A DNA stretch of 64,000 nt, from positions 85,500,001-85,564,000 of the forward strand of contig CM052817.1 of assembly GCA_028534125.1 (NCBI GenBank), read 5' to 3'. Of the stretch, positions 11,642-24,221 are shown in pieces. The stretch comes from Lama glama. Taxonomy: Eukaryota. Numbering within the stretch: the first letter of the stretch is position 1; each line of letters starts with the position of its first letter. The translations under genes were made by a program, and so were the position numbers. The notes under the pieces are model-generated. The model did no database searches, had not been told where the DNA came from, and was given only the letters and a program-made list of their open reading frames with translations.

Positions 11642-13994
11642 TAAGAACAGGTAGGTGATGTAAGAAAAGAGGTAGAAATTGAGAAAGAATCAATAGGAAA
11701 TGCTAGATACTAGAAACACTAACAGAAAGGAAGGCTATTTTCGATGGACTCATAAGTAGACTGGACATTGCCAAGGAAAGAATCAGTGACTTTAGAGAGA
11801 TGTTGTACCAATAGAAACCTAACAAATTGAACTGCACATTTTACTTCTACCATACTAAAATTTTACGTATCTTTGGAAGCACTAAAAATTAATTCAACGT
11901 ACTGTACTTAAAGCCATCATAATTTTTCTTTGCTCAATTAATTTGGGGAAATATTAATGTTTATTTGGGGAAAATTTTTAAATATCTTCTTTTCCTGAAA
12001 TGTTTCAAAATAAGCATGCAAGCTTCTTCCATTTCTTTTTTCTTTGTTTCTTTCTTGTTTTTTGGTCCGTCAGCTAATTTAACTAGGTCACAATAATAAA
12101 TAGCAGAGTTGTGATTAAACTTAGGTCTCACTGACTTCATAGTTTCATGTGTTAATCACTGACATATATAAAAATAATTCTGTATTAAAGATGTGATTTA
12201 AATAAGAGGTAACAACTATTATATAAAAACTTAGGAAATTTATTTAAAATTTCTGTAATCTAGTTTTTCTCATGTCTTAAGATAATTGTGCTACTGATCT
12301 AAAGGTTGTCAGAATAAAAGGAATTAATGTATAAAATATATAAAAATCACTTAGCACTGAAGCAAGAACTCAGTACATGCTGAAAATTATCAGTCCTAGT
12401 CCATGGTAGAGAAAGCTGTCACCATTAAATGTTAAGTAAGTGAGACATAAATGTATTTGGGTGTCTCTACAGGATTTGTTAATGTGGGAAATTTTGTTAA
12501 AGTTGAAGTCCATATAATGATGAACATCGGGCATTCTAGAGCACACCAGACATGTGGACTCAAGCCCTGAGCAGAACCCATGCACAACAGTCAGTAGTTA
12601 GAGACACGGCCTGTCTGGCTTACTGGTTATGTGACTTTGGACAAGTTGTTCAATCAATCAGTGACTTCTCTGAAAGGTAGTATGGCATAGTGATGAAAGG
12701 GGTAGTTTCTGGAGCTGGTTCAAGTACTGATTCTACATCTTGCTAGCTTTGATTCCAACTCCTGGTGGTTTTCTTGGACTGTAGACATTTAAATGTTTAA
12801 ATCTCTTCATCCCTTCCATTTACTACAGTAAAATCTCAAATTAAGTTGATACTTATATGAAGAGTAATGTATATATAATAAAATTATAGCTTGCCACAAA
12901 ATTTAAGAAATAAAAAATAATGAAGAGTTTTATATAGTAAAGACATAAATTGCCCCAATGTTAATTTGTATGTTTTAAGTAAGTACCCATACATTTTGAA
13001 AATATTGTCCTGTTAGTTTTTGTCTCTGTGCCCAGTTCCTCCGGTACAGCTGACCACCATGGTGTGAAGTGGAACTGGTGAGAAGGCGTCTATTTTCCGT
13101 GCCTCATAAAGCATACAGTTTTGTTTTGCTCTCAGTAGGTAATGTAATACAAAAAAAAAAATTCTAATATTTGAAAAAAAAAAGTCTTGCCTGTCATTTT
13201 GTAAATGGTAAGTGAAACCATCAGGAAAGAAATGAGAGCCTCTGTTGGTCTTTTGCCTCCAGAGATCCCCTGAGTACACAGGAGGTGGCGCTAAAGGCGG
13301 CACTCACTCTTCCGTCAGCCTCCACGTCAGAGGAGTGATAGCAGCTGCTGCGCTGTGCTCACAGGAAACTAACCTTCTTTTGAGTCATCATCAGTTTCTT
13401 CCTGTTTTTATTTGCTCTTCTCCATGCCCTGGGTAACATTTCTGATAGTGTCTGCTATTTCCAGTATCTCCATATGATTTTTCTTACTGTTCCATAGTGT
13501 TCAACTCACTGTAAGTATGCCAAGTTATTCCAGTTTGCCTACTGGAGGTAATAAGGGGATACATTGTCGACATATTTATACTAATATACCAAATATTTAG
13601 GTGAAATGTATACTTAGAATACAACTTGCCAAAACTGATAGAAGAAATTAAAAAATGGAAACATTGCTGTAACGTAAAGTAACAGAATTGGTAATAATTT
13701 TTTTTTTAATCCACAATAAAAAAAATCACAGCCCACACAACATTACTATTAATTCTTCCAAATTTTTAGAAAGAAATAACATTCTCACAGAAACTATTTT
13801 AAGAAGTAGAAAGTAAATTCCTAACAATATTTTTCATGTCAGCATAAACGAACCAAAAATAAAAGGACGAGATTATTAAAATAAGAGGCAATTGCCTGGC
13901 AGTATCATTCATGAATACAGATACAAAAATATTTAATAAAATATGAGCAAATCGAATTCAACTATATACCTAAAGTAGATGATACATTATGAGC

Positions 13995-14360
13995 TACTAT
14001 AGACTGAATGTTTGCGTTCCCCCTAGATTTCACGTGAAACCTTTTCCCCAGTACAAAATTACTTGGAGGTGGGCCCTCTCAGAAGTGATTAGATCCTAAG
14101 GTCAAAGCCCTCAGGAATGGAATCGGTGGCCTTGTTTAGGAGGCCCGTAGAGCAACCTTGCCCCTTTCTGCCATGTGAAGGTACAACAAGGAGCTAGCAG
14201 CCTACAAAGCAGGAAGCAGGCCCTCACCATACCCCACATCTGCCTGCCAGCACCCTCATCTTGGACTTCTCGGCCTCCAGAACTGGGATAAATACATTTC
14301 TGTTGTTATAAGCTACCCAGTCTATGATGTTTTTAATAGCATCCCAAGTAGACTAAGACA
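13995..14360 (+). mobile_element. MaLR solo LTR (MLT1A-like)
   Basis: Starts T(A)CTATAGACTGAATGTTTGCGTTCCCC, contains TTGGACTTCTCGGCCTCCAGAACTG..AAATACATTTCTGTTGTTATAAGCTACCCAGTCTATG, and ends GACTAAGACA. Confidence 0.9.
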
Positions 14361-14543
14361 ATCACCAAGTTGAGCTAATTCCTAGAAGGAGAAGTTCTTT
14401 ATTTAAAAATCCCAAAAAATCCCCCAGTTTTTAATTTATTGAAAAGAGTAAAACAATGTAACTATCCCCCTGTATCAGAACAGAAAGTATGTACATTCAC
14501 CATCCAGTCATAATGCAAAATCAGCAAAAACGAAATAAAAGTT

Positions 14544-14960
14544 GTGTTAAATAAGATTCCCTAGAAGGACCTAGATTCCCTGAAGCAGGTATTCATATGC
14601 ATGTGCCTTATTGAAAGTCTATTCTTTCAGAAGATGCTGTAAGAGAGGAAGAACAAAGGCAAGAAAAAGAGCAGAGCAAAAATAAGATTTCTGGTAAAGC
14701 TTAGCTTTAATATTATTCACAGGTAGCTTCTAGAATATAAATAGCAAAACCGATTTTTCTCTTTTGAACCAAGATGTCTGGGCTTCAATCTTCCTGTTAT
14801 GCCCTTGTCTGCCACCAAAGGGGGCGTAACCTTCCACATTTCTCAAGGCCAGACAGCTTCCTGTAGCCAAATGCCATGATCTGGAGAAGATTGCAGAATT
14901 TAATTATTAGCTCCAATACTTATAGCTGTGAAAAGATTATTTGGGTCATGCATTAACCAT
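14544..14960 (-). mobile_element. Old LTR remnant (MaLR/ERVL-like), family uncertain
   Basis: GC-richer block inside the L1M remnant starting TGTGTTAAATAAGATTCCCTAGAAG..CTGAAGCAGGTATTCATATGCATGTGCCTTATTG, resembling the reverse of an old LTR 3' end. Confidence 0.4.
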
Positions 14961-15954
14961 TTATTCTAGCAAGGGAATAGTCTCAATGAGATAAACTGTA
15001 ACTAAAAAAAACCTTCAGCAAACAACATAATTAATGAGCAAATATTCTAAGTTTTCGCTTTGGGATCAGAAATGAGTCAATAATGCACCCGTCAACATAT
15101 CTTCTATCTTGTTCAAGAATTCTTAGGTAGTTAAACGAGGGAAAAATTAATTTTAATTTGTGTTGTAATTGTAGAGCTGTAATCAGTTGGGTGTAAGTTT
15201 GTTACACATGCCAAATCTTATTTTTCTAAAGTATACTTCAGAGGAATTATATCCTAAAGTAATATAGAAACAAAATTTATTGGGAAAATTGCTATCAAAC
15301 TTCTTAGTTACTAAAACAGATTTAATATGATTTTTGGAAATTTATAAGGAAAGAATGAAAATACTTCAGCAATTATTTATATTAATAATTAGTAACTAAA
15401 TATATATGTATATTTATTTCTCCAAAGGTTTTCAGTACTAGTGACAAAGAAAAAAAATATGAATTAAAATCTATTATATGTTTTATTTATTATGGATTAA
15501 TTCAAACAAATATTATTCAATAATTTTATTTTCAAGGCAGTTAATTAGATTTTATAAGCTAGAGCAAAATGATTTTACTGTAGTTTTTAATATCTAAAGA
15601 CATTTGATTTGAGCACTTCACATTCAAATTTATTCTGAAATATGTATCAGCATACATTTTTGCATTTTTAGTTTCTTGTTAAAACATGCTTTACACATAT
15701 GATACTAAACTGAACCATCAGATTGAAATGAATATTGGATTAAGCACAGATTTATGTTCAAAATATTTTACTAAGCCTCAGAAATTCTGAAAATAAGTAT
15801 GATTAAATTTCAAGTAATATCTGAAATTTCTTGAATCACTAAAAAATGATATATTGGCAGGCTGAGTTACATAATACGTTAAAATAAGGCTAATGTCAAA
15901 TAAATGAAATTTCAGATTTCTTTTTTCTAGTTATGTTATATGTGTACCCATATG

Positions 15955-15976
15955 TATATATGTGTGTGTATATATA

Positions 15977-16022
<46 letters not shown>
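15955..16022. repeat. Compound (TG)n/(TA)n microsatellite
   Basis: Directly visible. Confidence 0.95.
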
Positions 16023-16028
<6 letters not shown>

Positions 16029-16216
16029 TAAACAAAATCGCCTATCAAAAAAGATGTGTGTATGTATACAACACATATACACATGGGGGATATGGTTAGA
16101 TTTTGGAAGATAAATGCTTCTAGTAACTTATTTCAAAATTTATTGACAACACATAATACAAATAATCCAGTACAGTTTAAGTGGAAGAAAACTGGAGAAG
16201 ATATAATTAATTACAA

Positions 16217-16345
16217 TAGTAGTTTCCTATTGTTGCTGTAACAAATTACCACAAACATAGTGGTTTACAACAACCCACATTTATTATCTTACATTTCTGC
16301 AGATCAGAAGTCAGAAATCTGTTTCAAAAGGCTGAAACCGACTCT
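16217..16345 (-). mobile_element. MaLR LTR fragment (MLT1C/D-like)
   Basis: TAGTTTCCTATTGTTGCTGTAACAAATTACCACAAACATAGTGGTTTACAACAAC..TTTATTATCTTACA..TCAGAAGTC. Confidence 0.8.
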
Positions 16346-16377
16346 AGGCCCATTCCTTTGGGAGGCTGTAGGTTTTA

Positions 16378-16512
16378 CAGTAGTTTCACTCCCACCCTGC
16401 CCTTGTTCATGGTTTCACTGTCCGTGATTTAAGTTACCTGTGGCCAGCCACAGTCTGAAAATATTAAATAGAAAATTACAGAATAAACAATTCAGAAGTT
16501 TAAAATTGCAAA
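16378..16512. mobile_element. TcMar-Tigger fragment (MER44/Tigger7-like terminus)
   Basis: CAGTAGT..GGTTTCACTGTCCGTG..GTTACCTGTGG..CACAGTCTGAAAATATTAAATAGAAAATTACAGAATAAACAATTC..TTTAAAATTGCA. Confidence 0.7.
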
Positions 16513-17850
16513 CTGAATCATAGACCTAAATGTAAAATACAAAACTATCAAGTTCCTAGCAGACAACATGGGAGAAAATATAAGTGGTGTTGAGTTTTAC
16601 AGCTACTTTTTAGATACAACACCAAAAGCACAATTCATGAAAGAAAAAAACCAATAAGCTGAACTTATTAAAATTAAAGACTTCTGTGAAAGACACTGTT
16701 AGAAGAATGAAAGATAAGCCACATCCTGAAAGAATATTTACAATATGCATACATGATAAAGGACTATTATCCAAAATATACAAATTACTCATAAAACTCA
16801 ACACTAAGAAAACAAATAACTCAATTAAAATTGGCATAAGACATGAGCAGACACCGCACCAGAAAACGATATACTCATGGCAAATAAACACTTGAAAAGA
16901 TGCTCCACATCATATGTCATCAAGGAAATTCAGATTAAAGCAATGAGATACCACACATATCTTTTAGAATGACCAAAATCTAGAACACCGACAAGCTCAA
17001 ATAGAGACAAGAATGTGGAGCAATAGGAATTCTCATACATTGCTGGTGGGAATGTAAAATGGTACAGCTACTTTGGAGGACAGTTTGGCAGTTTTACACC
17101 AAGTTATACATACTCTTACTATATGATCTTACCAAACTCCTTGTTTTATTTTACTCTAATAAGTTGAAATTGTACAACTGAAACTTGCACATGAATGTTC
17201 ATGGTAGCTTTACTCACATTGCCATTACTTGGAACCAACCAAAATGTCCTTCAGTAAATGAATGGATAAACAAACTGTGTTGCACCTTAGACAATGGAAT
17301 TTTATTCAGTGATAAAGGAAATGAGCTATCAAGTCATGAAAAGACATGGAAAAATCTTAAATACATATTTTAGGAGAAAGAAGTAAATCTGAAAAGGCTA
17401 CATACTGTTTGATTCCAACTATGTGATATTCTGGTAAAGGCGAAATTACAGAGTAAAAAGATGAGTGATTCCCAGAGTTTTGGGGAGAGACAGAAAGGGA
17501 TGAATAAGTGGAGCTCAGAGAAAGTTTAGGGCACTTAAACTATTCTCTGTGATACTGTAATTGTGGATACTTGTCATTATGCATTTGTCAAAACCCTTTG
17601 AATGTATAACACTAAGAGTGAACTATGGACTTCAGTTAATAATAATATATAGGCTCATCAATCAGTTTTTACCATTGTGCCATACTAATAATAATGTATA
17701 GGCTCATCAGTTTTTACCATTGTGCCATACTAATGTCAGACATTAATAATAGGGGAAACTATATGTCTGTGGGGGTAAGGAGGTATATACATTTTACACA
17801 AGTGTTTTGTGAATTAAAACTAGTATAAATAATAATTTCTAATAAAAAAA
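16513..17850 (+). mobile_element. L1MC-like 3' portion (ORF2 C-terminus remnant and 3' UTR)
   Basis: ORFs 16686-16895 and 17185-17373 are L1 ORF2-like (KGLLSKIYK, WNQPKCPSVNEWINKL). GAAAAGATGCTCCACATCATATGTCATC and the 3' UTR resemble L1MC1/2. Confidence 0.85.
17637..17730 (+). repeat. Tandem duplication, 49 bp + 45 bp units
   Basis: TAATAATAAT(A/G)TATAGGCTCATCA[ATCA]GTTTTTACCATTGTGCCATAC occurs twice. Confidence 0.9.
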
Positions 17851-17979
17851 TGTGAAACAGAGTTAGCCTTAAATATATTTTAAAAACTTTAGAGGTTCCC
17901 AATTTTTTTTTTTTGATGTCTATGAACAGCAGTGCCTCTTTGGTTTTCTAGGGCTAACTGCCAATATTTGCAATTAAAT

Positions 17980-18600
17980 CCCCTCTGCCTCCTTTGGGTC
18001 ATTGCCTAGTTAATTATAGTACCTTCTTCATCAAATTTTCATTTTCTCTTCAACCACCATCTCCTTCCTTAGTATCTGTGAACACAGCAGACATGTTTCC
18101 TGGAGTTTCATCTTCATATTCTCCTTATTGGACACTTTCCTATAAATGCCCACATGTCATTTCAAATTCAGCATGTGTTAAGCAAGATAAATACCTTTCC
18201 CTCAAAAGAAACAGCTCCATCTCGCTACTCTATTCAGCCATTATTTTATATCCTAAAGTTAGACATTGCCAAATGAAGCTGAATTTTCCCTTGTCCTTTC
18301 TCCAAGCAGCCAATCAGGACACATAGTTTACTGTTTTTCAGAATGTCTCTGAATCAATTTTTCCCAATTCCCACTGTCATTGTCTTGCCTATTAACTCAT
18401 TATTCTATGCCTGGATTGCTAAAATGGTTCTCTGAATAACCTTCAGACTGTCAGTTTTTTCTATTCCTATCTGTATTTCAGAAAGCACCTAGATCAATCT
18501 TTAATAACAGATTAAGTCCAACATGTTCTTAAATTTTATCAATGTTTCATCTCTAATGTGGTCTTAGAGATCAACTGAATCAAATTTTCTTCAGACATGT
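17980..18600 (+). mobile_element. L2 fragment, old
   Basis: Pyrimidine-rich L2-like body: TCAAATTCAGCATGTG, AATGTCTCTGAATC, CCCACTGTCATTGTC..TGCCTGGATTG. Confidence 0.55.
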
Positions 18601-18664
18601 CAAGTGCATTCTTAAAGCTTCTGTGCAATTTATGCAATTTTTATTCTTAAATGCCTACTTTATT

Positions 18665-19421
18665 ATTTTTTAAATTTTTTTATTAAGTTATAGTCATTTT
18701 ACAACGTTGTATCAAATTCAGGTATAGAGCACAATTTTTCAGTTATACATGAACATACATATAGTCATTGTCATTTTTTTTTTTTTGCTGTGAGCTACCA
18801 CAAGATCTTGTATATATTTCCCTGTGCTATACAGTATAATCTTGTTTATCTATTCTGCATATACCTGTCAGTATCTACAAATTTTGAAATCCCATTGTGT
18901 CTCTTCCCACACCCCACCCCCTTGGCAACCACAAGTTTGTATTCTATGAGTCTGTTTCTGTTTTGTATTTATGTTCTTTTTTTTTTTTATTCCACATATG
19001 AGCAATCTCATATAGTATTTTTCTTTGTCTTTCTAGCTTACTTCACTTAGAATCACATTCTCCAGGAACATCCACGTTGCTGCAAATGGCATTATGTTGT
19101 CAGTTTTCTGGCTGAATAGTATTCCATTGCATAAATATTACCACATCTTCTTTATCCAGGCATCTGTTGATGAACATTTAGGCTGTTTCCATGTCTTGGC
19201 TATTGTAAGTAGTGCTGCTATGAACACTGGGGTGCAGGTGTCTTTTTGAAGTAAGGTTCCTTCTGTATTTATGCCCAGGAGCGGGATTCCTGGGTCATAT
19301 GGTAAGTCTATTCCTAGTCTTTTGAGGAATCTCCATACTGTTTTCCACAGTGGCTGCACTAAACTGCATTCCCACCAGCAGTGAAGGAGGGTTCCCTTTT
19401 CTCCACAGCCTCTCCAGCATG
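18665..19421 (-). mobile_element. Young camelid-type L1, 5'-truncated, with perfect 16-bp TSD
   Basis: T-rich tail at left. ORF 19138-19485 encodes the ORF2 C-terminus ([18 protein letters not shown]...). TSD AAATGCCTACTTTATT at 18649-18664 and 19422-19437. Confidence 0.95.
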
Positions 19422-22400
19422 AAATGCCTACTTTATTCTTGACAAACTCCAAGTGTAAGAAAAATATAAAGTGCTGTTTGGTCAAAATTTAACATTAGAT
19501 GATATATTTTTATCGCTGGTATTTAGGTTTTCTTTTTAATTTAGCAGGTAAGTTTTCCCCCTTAATTCAATTCACCAGAGTTCTTTATTCCTTTTAGACT
19601 TGGTCGCAAACTATTTTTTTAACGTCTGTCTCCATCTTGAATGCGTGTTGATATAACTTAAGATTGAGACAGGTTTTTCCCTTACAAATATACTTCTATA
19701 TTCTAATTTTGCAACTTCAGTTAATCAAAAATTAATGACTAAGCAGTTGATGTCACTCTTTTTCATGTCAGATTAATTAATTTTAGTGGGGACATCAGTA
19801 GGTTTAACAAACTTTTAAAATACCTCTGTAACAGATTTCTCTAAATCAAAATTGTATCTTCAACCAAGAGGTTAGTAAAATTGAAAACTGTGCAGCTAAA
19901 CTACATATTAAAAGATAGAGAGCTGATTTGTGTTGTAAAGAACATTTTACTCAGCAGACATATAGAAATTGCTATGAACTTTTATGCACTATATGGTTCC
20001 TTTTTGAAATGATAAAGAACTTATTTTAGAAGTTAACCTTTAAGGAACTGATGTGCATTCTGTTTGAAAAATCTTTGATTATGGCTAAAGGAATACATAT
20101 TGTAGGTTACCATAAGTGATATTGCTTCATAAAACAACATAGCTGTGCAGAATTATCTTTTCTGGAAAATAGTGACCTTAGCAAATATTTAAGAGATAAT
20201 ATGTCTATCAAGCAGTAAAATCCCTCAAGGCTTGGGCTTCTGTAGTACCAAATAGGGGAAGGAAGGACAATTGCATTTATCTTAATGATTTTTAAATGGG
20301 GAAGTAATTTTGTAAGTCTTTAATTACCTGAGAAACATATGGATTAGTATCATTAAATATTGTTTTATATGAGATCAAAATCATCCAAATGAAATATTAA
20401 CCCTTATGCCCTCTCTAACAAGAGCTGAATTATCAATGCGATGGCACAGTCTAGGAATGTCAAAGAATGAACAGTGGAGATGACCTCCAGGAGGAGGAAA
20501 AAGGAAAGCAGAGACTGGATTGAGCCGTAAGAAGTGGAGGCAGCCAGACAGCATCAGGAGCTCCAGGGTGGGAAACTGGTAGAAGTTTTCTTTAAGTGGG
20601 TAGAGTACAGGGATAGGAAGGTGTTGGAAGACAAAGCCCTCTTAACAAAATCTGTCAAAAGGCCAGGAACCAGGTTCTCCTTTAAGAACAAAAGCATGAC
20701 TAAGCCCTTGAGGAGGAAACTCAGTAGGAAGAAAAGACTTAAAATGAAGCATGAGGATTAACATTTATTTATTGCCTTCTATGTGCTAAATCCTCACCTA
20801 TGTATTTTGCAAACGTTATTTTTGTTATTTAGTCAACAATGCAATGATTTACTTCTTCATATTCTCATTTAAATATTAAGAAGCTCACAGAAAAATGGTA
20901 GACTGTGTATATTCAGTTTAGAACTGTGTAATTTCAAAGATCATTTTCTTATCTACTCTGTTGACTCCCTAATTTTGACAACTAGGGTACAAGACAGTTT
21001 GTCATGGACATAGCTAAGGCTGTCAATGGTGGTTAAGTGTACCATCAATGAGTAAAATTCTGGAAGAGAACAAGTAGTAAAGATGAATTGGTACCTAACC
21101 CATTAAGTTACTATGCTAAAACCCAAACTGATAGAAGCTCCAGCTTCACTACATGTGAACCATGGTCATCTTGAATTACAACAGCAGAGAAAGAGCTAGA
21201 GGGGTTGCCTGTCTTAAATACCCTTTCGTTCACAACCCATTTTCCAGAGCAAAATTCAAAACCTGCCTACTTATGAAGAGAATGGGAAATGTTGGCAAGC
21301 TCATGAATATTCAGTGAGTATAGTAAATGATAATTAGAAAACAAGATGGTACTATATTTTTCTGCTCCTCTAGTTGATATGAGAATGAATTTCAACCCTA
21401 GTGTACCTCAGATTTCCTTGAAAAATATTTTTCAAGCTTACAGTATTAGATTTTTTTCTTCTTTTCTTAATTTTAGGGTTACTTTTATGTTTTATGTATT
21501 GAAGTTATATATTTTTACATTTTATTAAATTTTATATAGGGATATGTTTTGCTCCAACTTTTAATTTGTTATCTTTGCCTGAAAGTTTAGCTTCTACCTA
21601 CTAAGGGTATTTTATCACCTTGAAATATATTATTGTTACCTTATTTTGTATTTTTGGTTGTTTTATGTTTTTGTATTTTCATCTGTCTACTGTTATTTTC
21701 TCATAAAAAACACTTTCATTTTGGCTTTACTTTCCGATGTGCCATACATAGGATACATCATGTGTTTGATTAATGGGAATGTTTACTTTTAAGTTTTAAT
21801 CTATTTTCTAAAATTCCTCAAATTATCAAGAAGTTAAGCCATATCATTTTAGTTTTTTCAGGTTAGATGAAAAATAATTTACATAAAAGCATAACTTCAA
21901 ATCCCTCTGGTTGTATATTACTCATTTAAAAAATATTACTTATATATGATTTTAAGGCTATTTAATATTTTTAATTTATTAATATAAACAACGGACCTTT
22001 AAAAATATATAAGCAAGTAGTTTATATGGTAGACATTGATTATAAATACTAATTCATTAACTCTAATCTTACCTTTTATTTATCTTTTAATTAACTAATT
22101 TAATTTTATTAATTAAATTTTATTTATCTTACTTTTTGAAATAATTTAAAATACTTAAAATTATAATTTAATGTTATAAATCAGAATTCATTATGATTGA
22201 CTACATAATAAACACATCAATGTTCAACATTAAAACATTTTCAATTTTTAAAGTAACTTCAAAATTTGTTTAATAACTTCAAGGAATTTTTTTCACACAG
22301 TCTTCTTAGATAGCATTTATTTTTAATTCTTATACATACTGCATGTGTGTATATTTTGTTGTATGATTTATAATCCTTTTCCTAAACATAATTCTCCAGA

Positions 22401-23020
22401 AATTTTTGAAGGTAATCTATCATCCTTAAGAGGTTAGTGTTATAGAAGGGAAAACTAAAAGGCTATCTTATATTTTTAAATTTTTATTGTTAAGCTACTT
22501 TTCTCTTCTTGGGATTTCATTTTATCCTTGAAACTCAAAGTTTCTGCCAGATGCTGGTTTATTTTTACAATAAGGCTTGATGAATGTTGAGGTCTGTCAC
22601 TCTACAGGGTCAGATGTTTCTAAAAGTTTTATTTTACTTTACTAAATATTCAGTTATTTCTTTAGTTTCATTTGTTCCAGTTACTTAACCAAAAATGCCA
22701 ATTTTTTCTTACTTATGTGAACTGTTTTGTATAACTTTCTTTTCTCTGCCTTATGGTATTTTCACTGTATATTTTATAGTTTTCTTACTTTTTTATTATG
22801 CACTTACAGATAAAACTGTTTTAATGCACAGTGCCAAAAATGAATATTTATTTATAAACTCTATATGTTTAAATAAAATTTTTTTTCACAGTAGGTAAAA
22901 TAATGACTCTCATACAGTTATGAAATGAACATGTCAATCATTTTCTTGACTCAGTAATGAATTAGGGAAGCACTAAAGTGTTATAACCAGTCCAAAGGAA
23001 AACTCAAAGGATCACATACG

Positions 23021-23044
23021 TATATATATATATATATATATATA
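23021..23044. repeat. (TA)12 microsatellite
   Basis: Directly visible. Confidence 0.95.
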
Positions 23045-24084
23045 GGTCAATAGGGATTATAAAGTGCATTTACAAATACATTAAAATAGGTCTAGCCCTT
23101 GGAAATAATCAATTGCATTCCAGATGACACAATTAATTTGCATTTTTACTGTTAAGAGTTGGTTGCATTTCTCAAAGACAAAGGAAGGCTGATATAAACG
23201 TGAAAGGTTCATATGAAAAACATTACTTCTTTATTATGAACATAAAAAAATACACGATGTGAAATTTTTAAGTGAGGTAGAAATAAAATTAACAATTTTA
23301 CTGTCATGCTAATTTTGGTCACTTCACACAAATATTAACCAATATTTCAAGGTCCAAGTTTCTTAGGGTAACAGGTTATCATAATATAGGGGATTAAAAA
23401 ACCATACTTTAAAAAGTCTTGATAATTTAAAAATTATCAGAACAGATTAACCAAACGGTAGTCCAAACGAGAATATAACCAATTAAGTCAGAATGAATAA
23501 CAAATTTGCTGAAAACAAAAGAACCAGAGTAGCTGTGGCACTACTAACAGAACCCTGGCTCTATGTACTAAGTGTGCTGGCCAGTTGCCTGTCTAACCAA
23601 ATTCCTGGTGTCTGGCTAGCATTCATCTAGTTGATTTTGTTGCACTAAAAGGAATCTCCTGTTCTTCCTCCTTGAATTTCTGACTTTGTGGAGTGCCATA
23701 CTGAAAACTTAAAACACCTATATTTCTTCCTTTGTCAGAACCAGCACTCTACAAACAGTAAGTCCCAGAATGCAACACCTCTAACCCCTTTCCTTTCCTG
23801 CTTTCTTGTAACTACTCATATCACAGTCTAGCTGTAATGCACTACTACACGTCTACTTGTGCCCTAAACTTGATATTTTAGAGTACTAACAATTAAAGAC
23901 ATGAGTTAAATGTAGAAATGTAGGTGTTGTGGTAGAGTTTGAAGAGGGTGATACAGCTTAGCCAACTTGGAAAACAATTTATATATTAAGAAAAAGAGAT
24001 TACTGAATTTCTGTTAATGAAAGCTAAATGTTTCTCCGTTAGGAATTAACAGTAATTACAGATGAGATAAACTTCTTCCCTGAC

Positions 24085-24221
24085 ACTTTTTTTTTGTCTT
24101 TGTTTTTGGAAGGGGGAAGTGATTAGGTTTATTTATTCATTTTTAGAGGAGGTACTGGGGATTGAACCCAGGACCTTGTGTATGTTAAACATGTGCTCTG
24201 CCATTTGAGCTACCCTTCCTC
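24085..24221 (-). mobile_element. tRNA-derived camelid SINE (Vic-1-like)
   Basis: Reverse complement reads GAGGAAGGGTAGCTCAAATGGCAGAGCACATG..AAGGTCCTGGGTTCAATCCCCAGTACCTCCTCTAAAAATGAATAAATAAACCTAATCAC..A tail, with pol III A and B boxes. TSD TCCCTGAC at 24077-24084 and 24223-24230. Confidence 0.9.

Larger units (their letters stand above)
11050..11835 (+). mobile_element. Old L1M ORF1-region fragment, interrupted by a younger L1
   Basis: GAATTTGAAATAGCTACTGTTAATAGGTTAAG..AAATTGACAGC continues after the insert as ..AAGAATCAATAGGAAATGCTAGA..GATGGACTCATAAGTAGACTGGAC..AAGGAAAGAATCAGTGAC, resembling the L1M ORF1 coiled-coil region. Confidence 0.7.
13530..15130 (+). mobile_element. Old L1M ORF2 remnant, interrupted by LTR insertions
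   Basis: L1 RT-proximal motifs: CAGTATCATTCATGAATACAGATACAAAAATATTTAATAAAATATGAGCAAATCGAATTCAAC, ATCACCAAGTTGAGCTAATTCCTAGA, AACCTTCAGCAAACAACATAATTAATG. Confidence 0.7.

Noticed and set aside
20534..20761. Basic 75-aa ORF
   Set aside because: Non-ATG start, no recognisable domain or splice context; its length is within chance expectation.
23739..23757. 19-nt segment between a good acceptor and GTAAGT
   Set aside because: Not frame-preserving and has no other support; such motifs are frequent in AT-rich DNA.
24100..24221. tRNA-like A and B boxes
   Set aside because: Has a SINE tail, A-rich end and TSD, so it is a tRNA-derived SINE and not a tRNA gene.
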